Assembly: GCF_004010195.1 (NCBI RefSeq)
Contig: NC_057756.1
Span: 4,185,603-4,249,602, forward strand
Direction: 5' to 3'
Origin: Chiloscyllium plagiosum
Lineage: Eukaryota
DNA length: 64,000 bases
Below are positions 1-12,300 of this stretch, in pieces (the stretch's first letter is position 1; every line of letters starts with the position of its first letter). Made by a program: the position numbers and the translations under genes. A model generated the notes under the pieces. The model was given only the letters and a program-made list of their open reading frames with translations, made no database searches and was not told where the DNA came from.

Positions 1-897
1 AGTTTGATAACAACACTAAAATAGGCGGTATAAGCGTATCAGAAATTGCTGCAGGAATTTGATCAGCTGGGTAAGTCAGCCGAAAAATGGAAATTGGAAT
101 GTCATATAGATAAGTGTGATAAGTGTGCATTTAGAAAGTCAAACCAAAGTAAGATTTTTATGGTGAATGGTAGGGCCTCCGGGAGGGTAGTGGAACAGAG
201 GAATCTTGGAGTTCGTGTTTCACTGTAATTGGATTCACAGATAGGTAGGGCAGTGAAGAAACGTTTTGGCACAGTCGCCTCCTGTGAGTATGGAAGTTGG
301 AAAGTTATGTTGCATTTATTCAACACATTGACAAGGCCGCACTTGTTATATAGTACTCAGTTTTGCTCACCATATCATATGAAGAATATTATAAATCTGG
401 AAAGTGAGCAGAAGAAATTTACAAGAATATCGCCTGGACTCAATGCTCTGAATTCTAGCGAGAATTTGATCAAGATAGTACATATTGTTTAGAGAGTAGG
501 AGACAGAAAGTGAATGTTGTAGAAGTGTATAAGGTCGCTAGAGGTATGGATAGGGTGAAGGCACTCAGTCTTTTTTCTCAGGGTTAGGGAATTGAAGACT
601 GAAGAACATCAGTTTATGGGTAGAGAACAAAGCATCAAAGTGAACCTGAGGAGTCATTTTTTTCCAAAGAAGGTGTGACACATATGGAATGAGCTGCCAG
701 CGGAAATGGTTCTGGCCAGTGCGTTATAAAAATTTAAAAGGCGTTTGGACAAGAACATGAATAGAAAGTTTAGAAGGATATGAGCCAAATACCTGTAAAT
801 AGCATTAGAATGGATGGACATTTTCATCGGCACAGGACAGGTTTGGGCCAAATGGTCCTTCTCTGTGCTGTGAGACTCTATGATTTTATGACTCTCT
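1..897 (+). mobile_element. CR1 LINE 3' fragment (RT C-terminus and 3' tail), decayed
   Basis: LTRPHLLYSTQFCSPY matches the CR1 [15 protein letters not shown] motif; ends in tatgactct-type tail. Confidence 0.9.
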
Positions 898-1249
898 AAC
901 AATTAAAAAAAAAATTGAACTATGACTAACACCATTGTTGACCAAAAAGATAATTAGAAATTTCTGGGACCACTATTCTCGGTCCCTTTGTTCGAATATT
1001 CATTTTTTAAAAAAAGCTCATCTTGACATATACATCATCAGTAGCAATATATTTGAACACAAGACTTGTACACATTTTTTTATACCTTGCAACAAGTAAA
1101 TAAATCATTTGGCTGATCTTGTCGAAAGTAGAAACGGTGAATTAAAATCAGCTAGTTATTAATTCAGTGTGAGGAAACACTGTTGTCATTGAATATATGG
1201 AATCATAAAATTGAGATGACATAGTGTGTTAATGGCAAATATAAAGCAT

Positions 1250-2415
1250 ACCAGGTCGTTGGTATGCTCGTTGAGATGTTGGGTTTGTTTTCAGAAGTTT
1301 CGTCAACATGATAGGTAAAGTGATTAGTGAGTCTCTGGTAAAGTGTTCGTGATGTATCCCGTTTGCTTTTTATGTGTTATGGATTGCTGTCGTTGGTGAT
1401 ATTATTCTATCTCTGAGAGGTTAGGAAATGAGTTCCAATTCCAAATATTTGTTAATGACGTTCCAGTTTAAATGTCAGGCCAATACACCTTTTCATCTGC
1501 GTGTATGGATACCAGTGATGGTTCGTTATTCTTATCATCTTTATCAAACACGATAAACGAGAAGAAACGCACAGCCTCAGCAAATATTCAACCAGCTTAA
1601 AATTCACAAAATATAGAGAGACTAATAACTGATTCTCCTTCTTGCACGTCATGTCACAACCGTTTACAGGAAAGCCATAGGCATTGAAAACATACTGAAC
1701 TACAGAAACAACCATCCCGAGTACACAGCTACATCTGAACACTTTTTAAACGAGCCACAACATACTGCAGCACACCGCAACTATGAGAAGCGAGGATAAA
1801 CACCTATCAAACATATTCAGGAACAATGGCTTTCCGGGAAGCACAATCCAGCAAATTATGTACAAAAAACATAAACAGGATGACACAACATGCCCATAGA
1901 ATCGAGTCGACCTATGATACATAAAATACAATTCAGAGATTACCAACAAAGTAGACCAGCCACTGGGCATCGTGATAGTCCTCAAAATGCTACCACATTT
2001 AAACAAATACTGATGAACTTAAATGTCCCCGTACCCACAGCCAGCAAAATTAACGTAATATAAAAATACTCAGCAGGGACTGCAACAAGCATTGTATTTG
2101 ACAAATGGGCAAGAAACTAGCGAACAGGATGAGCACCCACGAGCCAGCAAAAGACGTAACCAACGATCAATGGCATCCATATTCACCGATGAAAGGGGGC
2201 ACCAGGTCGACAGGGACAATGCATCTATCCTGGGACAGGTCAAACAAAGAGACATGAGGGAATTCATGAGGCCAAACAAGATGCATATATAGTAGGTTTT
2301 ACGGGAGACACATGGATAATGTGGCCTAGAATGGTGACGAAATGTCTGAAGTCAAACCAACGAGCTCAACAAGGAATCCGACAACCTAATCCACAACGTA
2401 AGCAACAGATTTTCT
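1250..2415 (+). mobile_element. Penelope-like element fragment (RT C-terminus and GIY-YIG region) with inverted terminal copy at about 1250-1440
   Basis: Frameshifted remnants of FLDV, VYRK, NHP, FRNNG and YIGQT-like motifs; 1255-1335 is a diverged reverse complement of 2305-2390. Confidence 0.75.
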
Positions 2416-3302
2416 TCAAGATCTCATAAAACACACCGTCTTTAGTGCGATGTAATTCTTAGACCCTATTTTCCCTATTTTTTGAAAGAGTAATTCTGAT
2501 GGAAATTCAGCAAACATAAGAGGGATTTTTGAATAATACAAAAGAAAGAGAATACTGGGATGGTTTAGTCGGTATCAGTAAGAGGCTATTCTGCAATGAA
2601 TTTACTCTATGCAAACTTACACAACTGCTTGCAATAGGGTTGTATGATTAAAATACGTCAGTGCTGTGATAGAAAATGAAAACGTACTCGAGGCTCCAAC
2701 TAGAACAACACAACAATCAATCCAACAATAAAGCAACAACGTGTACGTAAATTTCAGGTGGTGTGAAATGTTAATATATAAGATTCAGGGTTTATGGGTA
2801 GTTTAATTATTGGATGATGGGCTAAATCACGTTGTAATAAGAAACGTAACATTTCCAAATTCATTTATTGCATTTCATGAAATACAACCAGCTTCAAAGC
2901 AGGTGGAGGATACAAAAAAGTCTATGTTGTCTGATTATGCATAACCAATTGGAAATGTTCATCTCTGGTCAAGAGACAGAATGACTACAAGTCTATATTG
3001 ATTTGGCAACATATGAATTAGAATATAGGGATATCTGAATGCAATTACTGTTGTCAAATATGTATTAATTATTCATTATTTTGATATTATTCATTAAGCA
3101 ATAGGACATGGACAATGAGTAATATTCCATATATCACCTCACACACATGTAATTAATTTGTTGCAGACACAACAACATGCACTCGGTCCATTCTTCACTG
3201 AAATTAGAGTTTGTGATGCGCCCGGATTTTCTTTACAAAATAGAAGAAAGAGAAGCAATGATGTCTGCCAAATGTGCGATCATGATTATAACAGAAATCT
3301 TA

Positions 3303-3355
3303 GCAACAATAATAATACTAATAATAATAACAACAACAACAATAGCAATAATAAA
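3303..3355. repeat. Imperfect (AAT/AAC)n microsatellite
   Basis: aataataatactaataataataacaacaacaacaat. Confidence 0.9.
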
Positions 3356-3371
3356 ATATATTTCATTACAG

Positions 3372-3398
3372 TCGACACTTTGCTTGGAAAGGAGAAAG
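3372..3398 (+). CDS. Micro-exon class C, 27 nt, xDTLLGKEK
   Basis: tttcattacag|tcgacactttgcttggaaaggagaaag|gtaaat; 17/27 nt identical to exon 42208-42234. Confidence 0.8.
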
Positions 3399-6300
3399 GT
3401 AAATTATGTACTCGACAGATGATATCATTTCTGTAGGTTGCAGTATTAATGATTGAGATAAAAGCAAGCAAAAATAAACAATTCAAGCGCAGATGGATGT
3501 CAGTGCATAGAAGACGAATGATTTCATGTTCGGAGTGAGGTGTTCTCGGTTCTGTTGTTCGAATATTCATTAAAATAGTTCATCTCCACATATAGAATTT
3601 GTTCAATCCTTGTGATGATGGTATTAAAAGACGACTTTGAAAATAATTCATTTGTCTGCCGTGGATTAAAGTAATGAGGTGTGGTTCCATTAATGCATAA
3701 AACATTTCATTGTACTTTGGATGCTGCTCATTTGTGTCACGCTTTGAACTAAGGGTTACATCTTTCAGGTAAATAATTTGATATTTGAAATTTGTTAACA
3801 AAATATTTCGTCTGACTTTGAGTTGTCAGAGTTTGACATCGTTTGCACAACAAGAGTTCAAATGAGGATTACTTGAGTACGTTTAAGGTTTATTTTCGTG
3901 GGCACACCGGCAAAACACTTAGTTCCAATAGTGTGTAAGACTCATTAAAATACAACTTTTGTAGTTGTGTCTCTGAATGGGTAAAATCATTCTACTTGTC
4001 TGCATGACCTTCTTCTGAAAGCATGCTATGTTCCTTGACAAACATAAGATGCTCTTACAATACTGCACACCAAGTTTATATTGAAATTCACTGACAATTT
4101 ATGTACCCTCCTTAATTACGTACTTAGATAAAAGCGGAAACTGCAGAAATATTAAAAATAGGACTTTTAAAGATAATGGAATACCTGTATTTTTGTTGAC
4201 GTACTGCGAGTGTGCGTTTGTGTATATTATGCTTGCTTTACACATCTACATAAATAAAAAAACATATATGTGCACACACAATCATGTAAGCATCATAAAA
4301 TGAAATATTAGGTATAGTGAAGATACAAGCATCTGAACAATGCATTGTGAATGCACAATCCTAGAAACAAATGTGTTCAAATGACTCAGTGGTCTGTGAG
4401 TAGAGCAAGTTGCAAAATTATCAAAGTGTGACCAAAGTTAAGCAGGAACATATTAAAGCATCAGATTAAAGAACAAATAAGCATCTAGAAATTGTTTTTC
4501 GATATTGGTCCATTGAAAAAATGGTTAATTTACTAAGTACAAGGACAGAGACAAGAATAAAAAATGCTGGACAACATACTTCTTGCCGAAATTTCCTTTT
4601 GAATAAGCTATTAATTCAGTGTGTTCTGGGGTACAAATGTGAAGGGTGAGCCTGACTACTCGTGAGCATTGTTATGTTCGGTAACAGAGCCAATTTAAAT
4701 AAAGTGTTCGACGAAAATGAGGAGGAAACATTAACATACAATAATATTACTCTTGAAATGATGAAGAGAAAACGAAGTAGGAACATGCAATGAGTCGTAG
4801 TTCAACTAGAGTTTTGAAAATATTAACAAGGTTAGATACAATAAAATTGATCAATAAGGGAAATAAGAACTTTGGTTAAACAAAATAAGAAGATGCATAT
4901 GAAACAGCTGTTGAATGCATGGTTTTCTGAACTAACAGATGTTCAAAAATAAAAATGCATGTACTATCCTTGTAAAAGCAAGTTCTGATGCCTCACATAA
5001 ATTTTCATCGAAAAGTTTTGAGAACTTTTCATAAAAGAATGTTACAATACTGAATTTTCGTAGAAAAATGTCTGTACTGAATGAGATAAAATATGTTGTC
5101 AAGACAGAAACAAAAAAAGATTATGTCAGAATTGTTCTCAGACCGGACAATTTTGGGAAATGTTTCATCAATGGAGCAGTGCGAGCTTTGCTGTAAACTA
5201 TTAAAACAAAAGATGTTTTCAGGATGCAGAAGTATAAAATATTGCACTTTGCTAGAAGACTGATGAAACCGTAATCCAATGCGTAAAATAAATGAAGAAA
5301 GATGGGAAGGTGCTGATTTTAAAAAGAAACACATAGAGATATAAAAGCAATGACGAAATTTATTGTTCAATGACTTATGTAGCAGTTGCACTTTACCCGA
5401 ATGCAAATAGTTAGAATGTACATTAATTACATATCCTTCATATAAACTTTTTTCCAACGAAGTTGGCATAGACAGCGAACTTTCAGTATGTGCAGAGGAA
5501 ATTTAAAGAAATTGTAAGGACACAGTATGTAATATGCATGCAAAGATTGTTTGCAGGAACATAAAAACATGTCGTGTAGCAATTTAACAAGCACGAGTTT
5601 AAGGAGCGTGTAAAGGAGAAAAAAGCCGTTCCGCTGGTTGGTTGTAGAAGTAGAGATTCGTTGCTAGATTGTTCTTTATTTTATTATAGGAGTGATCAAG
5701 AGATCTTGGAACTCAAATGACCATGAGTTTGTAATTAGGAATTGAGTATGCTTGGAAATTACCAGGCAGGACAATTATACAAATGAGGGCGAATAAATTG
5801 TATCGTTTAGCAACTGATGTTAATTAAGCAAGTGTCAAGCAGTTCTATATCGAAGATAACATCCCACACACAAAAAGAGAGACAAACTCTCGGGTGGGCA
5901 AAATTGATTGATACTAGCAATTGTGTGCAGCTGCAGTAATAACTTCATCGGGGAAAGCATGTCTTAAAATTGAGGTTTCCTTCCCAGAGAACCGGAATTT
6001 GAAGAAAGCCTTGGAAGCTAAAGGTGAGAAATATATTAGGAAAACCATCCTTGATCATACAGCTTGCAAGGCCATGAATAAACTTTCAATGACCGGAGAG
6101 TCATTGGAGACTGCAATATTGGGTCAAGATATTTAGTAATTCTGAAATCAGTGAGAGTAGCGAACGAAAGTTCATATTGCTCATCTCTTTCAATCTACAC
6201 ATCTCTGAAACCACTCAGTAAGTTTGAGATTTTCAGAGAATTACAACAGTCCAGATTAATAATCATCTATTTCCTGGAGAAGGATAAACTGATCCAACAT

Positions 6301-9300
6301 GTATCATGTTGGGTTATCTATTTCTGAATTCATTGCTGAACACTGCAACATATTCATTCTGACTCTAATTCGACCATACTTCGAAAAGAATCTCTAACAA
6401 TATCCCCAGGGATACAACTCATTCCAATGATAATCATTTTCCTCAACACCAATACAAACCAGATGGTCCAGCAAAATCAGTCGATCACAGGCGCTGGATG
6501 GACAGTGTTCATGCTTGCTCCTCTGGACCCCCTGTGAACTGAGACAGGCTTTTCATCTTCTGACTGTACACATTCCCAATCAAGCCACGGGAGCAAAGAT
6601 ACAACAACGATTGCTGAGCTGCAGTTTTCACTCTTCCACCGCACTGACAACTTATCATCCTGTCCACATAAATTATTGGCAAAGCATATAACTCACAAGA
6701 ATTGCTCACGAGTCATTTAGCCACCTAAATGCACAGTATATTTTAACAATCAATCTCCTACAGTACCCTTCCAATCTTCTAGTCTTTTAAAATGCAGATC
6801 ATAGTACACAGACTACTATGATAAAGGGTTTTCAAAATAGGACTTGTAGATTTTTCGTAATACTTTTATTATTGGGACACTGGCAACGAATCAAAAACGT
6901 TAAGCCACCTACTAATATGTAGGAAATACTCACCTGTTTTGATTCTGACACTGACTGAATATTGAATTGATTGAGATATGGGACATATGGAATGATATTA
7001 TGAGTTTTTGATCGCTCATCATATGACTTTTGGTAACCTCACTGTCAGACATTTCGAACATAAGTATTTATTCGGTACACTCTTAATGAGCTAAGTCATT
7101 AAACATTAATGGTATCCTTTCCCTGCATTCTTCAAAACACTGTCGCATGTATATAGTGGGCTAATACTAGCTTTAAAAATTGCAAGTCTGAAACTAATGT
7201 AATCAAACTGATATTCTTAGGTCAGTCATAAAACCAATATCATTACAAATTGATGTAGCATACCATAAGTGGAGTTGTGCTTATATAGACAGGAATCCAG
7301 ATTTCTATTTATAAGCACTTATATCTGCAAATCACAGTTTAGACTATAAACTCTCATCATCGTCTTTGAAGTGTGATTCCATCGTTCTCACGCTGACTGC
7401 GAATGTGGAGGTCACGCAGTAGATTTTAATTGTTTTATTCCTAAACTGACCAGAACTTATCTGAATAATCTTGGTTTTAAATTTGTCACTTGATCTGATT
7501 GCATCTCTGTAGGTAGTTCATATGTAGTGAGAAAAAGGGTAATTCCTCTGCAATGCTTTCAATGTTGATATTGCATTATGGAATGGACTCTGGAAATGTC
7601 GTCGACACATCTGCTGGGATCCGATGCAATCAAATCAGACTCTTGCGAAATGTTTTTCAAATGCAGCAATAGGTATTAAAGACATGAGTTATATTGCTGA
7701 CTGTGGTTTCCAAATTACCGGACTTTTATGAAATGTCTGTCAAATTTCAGCAACATCCTTCTGCAGTCCAGGGAAATTTTTTCTTTAATGTTCTTAGTTT
7801 CTGTTTTTCTCACTATTAAGTGACCCGCTAGAGGTGTCTCATGCGCCACTTGCAACACCTCTTTTCTGCAAACCACTGGCAATATGACTTGATGAGGTTC
7901 TGCCCATTTCTCATCAGCATGAACATGTGATGCAATCCATTTCCTCACTAAAAAAAATAAAATCAAACCATTCAGGGATAAATTCGGATTATTTTTTTTT
8001 TCTATGTGAGCTGTTTGATAGAATTGCTTTAAACTTACATTTTTTCTGCTGTAATTCTGATAATGCATCTGAGCTAAGTATGTCATCTATCTGCTCTAGG
8101 TTTGTGTCAACCATCTGATCAAATACGGTCTCTGCTAATTCCACCTCAACTTTCTTATCTATTTTCCTTGATGTCTTGTGTTTCAGCAGGTGACTTTGTG
8201 ACCTAGTTACCACACGGTCAGGAAAAAATTCCAGGTTATGTGCCCTGCAATGATTCAGATGCCTGAATTTCCATGGTCTTTTCATCCAGTAGGTAGCACG
8301 CCTACCTGTGAACCAGCTCTATCATTAGCAAGGACAAATTGTTGTGGAGCTGACAGTTCCTCAAGAATTCCACCACGACCTCTCCACTCTTTACTGGAAT
8401 TTCTAACCTCACTTTAGGTAATTCGGCCCCTCTTTTCTCTTCGTGAAGTCCCGTTATTGACACATTTTCTGGCAACAATACTTCAGTAATGCATATCTTC
8501 TCATCTTACAACATCCCAGTTTAGTGATGTTGGGTAGTGCCGAGTTGGAGGCTTGGGACAGGGAAAATGTCGGGGATGGGGTCTAATCAAAAATGAAAGG
8601 TGGCACAGTGGCGCAGAGGCCTCACACCACCAGGAACCCGGATTCAATTCCTGCCTCGGGCAACATGCTGTGTGGATTTTCCTCGTGTCTGCGTGGGTTT
8701 CCTGTGCGTGCTCCGGTTTCCTGCCACCGATGTGTAGATTCCCTGTAGTGCATTAGTCAGGGGTAAATGTCGGGGACTAGGTCTGTGTGGGTTGCTCTTC
8801 AGAGGGTCTGTGTGACTTGTTGGGCCAAATGGCCTGTTTCCACACTGTATGGTATCTAATTATTAAAGTGTCCTGTGCCTCTGAATATTGCATTCTCTTA
8901 TCAAGGGCGGCATGGTGGCACAGTGGTTAGCACTGCTGCCTCACAGCGCCAGAAATCCAGGTTCAATTCCCGCCTCAGGCGAGTGACTGCGTGGAGATTG
9001 CACATTCAACCCGTGTCTGCATGGGTGTGCTCCCGTTTCCTCCCCAATCCAAAAATGTGCAGGTCAGGTGAATTGACCATGCTAAATTGCCCATAGTGTT
9101 AGGTATAGGGGGAATGGGTCTGGGTGGGTGCGCCTCGGCGGGTCGGTGTGGACTTGTTGGGCCGAAGGGCCTGTTTCCACACTGTAAGTAATCTAATCTT
9201 TACTTGCTGCTCCTGGCGTATTGGAGTAAGCTTTTCCTTCGCAGATATTGCTTTGAAAAGTTCTGGGATTGCCAAATTAACAAATCTCTGATCAGGTTGC

Positions 9301-12300
9301 ACTCTATGCTGCTTTCTTGCCTGCATTATGCTTTCCATTACCACTCCAACAAAATTTACTGCCTTAGTCTGTTTACCTACATATGACTTCGCATTGCTTT
9401 CCCTAACCCGTCAAAACTGTGATTTCATGTGGCCTACTTCATTGCAGCGAAAACACCGGAGTTGTTTTTAACTTCTCTTTCTCTTTCAATGATTTCATTT
9501 TTTTCTCCAAGTGGTAAGATATTAATATGGTCTTCATAGACATCCACTTTTATCTTTCCACATGAGGGTTTCTCTTCGTCCTAATTTCTCACCCTCACGG
9601 ATTGAAATTAATTTTGGAAGCCAAATTTTGATTGAACAACCATTTAATATTCATCAGCCATTTCAACTGCTCAGATTATTGCTTTACCGCTCTGTTCTTT
9701 CACATAAGCTCTCATGCTTCCAGAAGTGATTTTAATTTTTGTATTTTATTTAAAAGAAGCTCATCCAAAATAAACGACTCTCTAATAGTCCTATAGCTTT
9801 GCTTTATGTTTAATGACTTCACCCAACTAGCAAAATTACTTTGGTTGATCGTTTTGATTTCTGTGTAGGTTAGACCAGCATGCCGCCATAGATTGAGGAA
9901 TCATTGTCAGTACGCTTCTGGCAAAAGGTCAAATACACTTAATAAGGCTTTCTTCACATCCTCCTGAACCCCAGATATATCCTCTGATATCACATAGAAA
10001 CATGCAACATAGACCATAGAACAGTGCAGCACAGAACAGGCCCTTCAGCCCACGATGTTGTGCCGAACATTGATCCTCATGTAAGGTAAACCTAATGTAC
10101 AAACCCTCAAATTTCTGTGGCCATATGCATCTCCACCAGTCTCTTAAATAACCCCAATGACCTCACTTCCACAACTGCTGCTGGCAACGCATTCCATGCT
10201 CTCACAATTCTCAGCATAAAGAACCCGCCTCTCACATCCCCTCTATACGTTCCGTCACACAGCTTAAAGCTATGACCGCTCGTGTTAACAATTTCTGCCC
10301 TGGGAAAATGTATCTGGCTATCAACTCTATCTATGCCTCTCATTATCTTGTACACCTCAATTAGGTCCCCTCTCTTCCTTCTTTATTCCAATGAAAAAAG
10401 TCCGAGCTCAGTAAACTTCTCTTCATAAGATAAGCCCTCCATTCCAGGCAGCATCCTGGTAAACCTCTTCTGAACCCTCTCCAAAGCATCCACATCTTTC
10501 TTACAATAGGGCCATCAGAACTGGACACAGTATTCCAAGTGCAGTCTAACCAAAGTTTTCTGGAGCTGCAACGAGATCTCCTGGCTATTCAACACAATCC
10601 CCCTGTTAATGAAAGCCAAAACACCATATGCTTTCTTAACAACCCTGTCCACTTGGGTGGCAATTTTAAGGGATCTCTGTACCTGCATACCAAGGTCCTG
10701 GTGTTCCTCCACACTGCCAAAAATTCTGACTTTAATCTTGTACTCAACTTACAAGTTCAACCTTCCAAAATGCATCACTTCGCATTTAGCCAGGTTGAAC
10801 TCCATCTACCACCTCTCAGCATCCTTTCAATGTCACGCTGCAGCCAACAACAGTCCTCTATCCTGTCAACGACACCTCCAACCTCTGTGTCGTCTGCAAA
10901 CTAGCCAACCCATCCTTCAATCTCCTCATCCAAGTCATTAATACAAATTACAAAGAGAAGAGTTCCAAGAACAGATCCCTGTGGAACACCACTCACCACT
11001 GACTTCCAGGCAGACTACTTTCCTTCCACTACCACTCGCTGTCTTCTGTCGACCAGCCAATTCTGTATCCAGACAGCTAAACTTCCTTGTATCCCATTCC
11101 TCCTGACCTTCTGAAAGAGCCTACCATGGGGAACCTTATCAAATGCCTTGCTGAAGTCCATATACACCACATCCACAGCTCGACCCTCATCAACTTGTCT
11201 AGTAACATCCTCAAAGAACTCAATAAGCTTTGTGAGGCATGACCTGCCCTGCACAAAGCCGTGCTGACTGCATTTAATCAAGCCATGCTCTTCCAGATGG
11301 TCATGAATCCTCTCCCTCAGAATCCCTTCTACACCTTGCAGACAACAGACATGAGACTGACTGTTCTGTAATTGCTGGGGATTTCCCTATTTCCTTTCTT
11401 GAATAATGAATTACATTTGCCTCCCACCAGTCCTCAGGTACGACTCCGGTGGAGAGCGAGGATGCAAAGATCTTCACAAGCGGCGAAGCAATCACATTTC
11501 TCGCTTCCCAAAGCAGCCGCGGACAAATCTGGTCTGGCCCTGGCGACTCGTCAATCTTAATGTTTGTCAAAATTTTCAGCACAACAACTTCCTCAATCTC
11601 TCTCCGTTCCAGCATGCTTATCTGCTCCTTAATGGTTTCGTTCACTACAAGATTCTTTTCTTCAGTAAAGGCAGAAGCAGAAAACTCATTTAGGGCTTCC
11701 CCCACCTCCTCAGACTCTATAAACAAGTTCTCTATGCTATCCCTGATCGGCCCTATTCTTTCTTTGATCATTCTCTTATTCCTTACTTACGTGTAATATG
11801 CCTTTGGATTCTCCCTAATCCTTCCTGTCAAGCCTTTTCTGTGCCCCTTCCTGGCTCTCCTCAGACCATTTTTGAGCTCCTTCCTTGCGTGCCTGTAATG
11901 CTCCAGAGCTGAGCAAGACCCTTGCTTTCTCCACCTCATGTAAGCCACCTGCGTTCTTTTGACAAGAAACTCCTCCATTCTCGTCATCCAAGGTTCCTTT
12001 ATCTTCCCCCTTCTTGCCTGTCTCAGAGGAACACATTTATGCATCACTCACAACAACTGTTCCTTAAACAATCTCCAAATGTCTATAGTGACCTTTCCAT
12101 TGGTCCATTGATATTGGTGCGATAACCTCACTAGCACTACTTAATTGTTTTATTTGGATAAATGAAAACCACATAGTCACAGGTCACGGCATTTGTTTAG
12201 CCACTTTTTCAATTATGGTACAAAAAGCTTCCATATCCTTCTTGTCAAATTTAGGCAATGCTAAAATATATTTAAACAGTTTCTCAACAGGCCTTTGGTT

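Noticed and set aside
3158..3570. ORFs with poly-Asn, poly-Leu or TM-like Ile/Thr runs
   Set aside because: All are readings of the AAT/AAC microsatellite; the 27-nt exon at 3372 explains the donor at 3399
8905..8980. tRNA-like A and B boxes
   Set aside because: Head of a tRNA-derived SINE, not a tRNA gene
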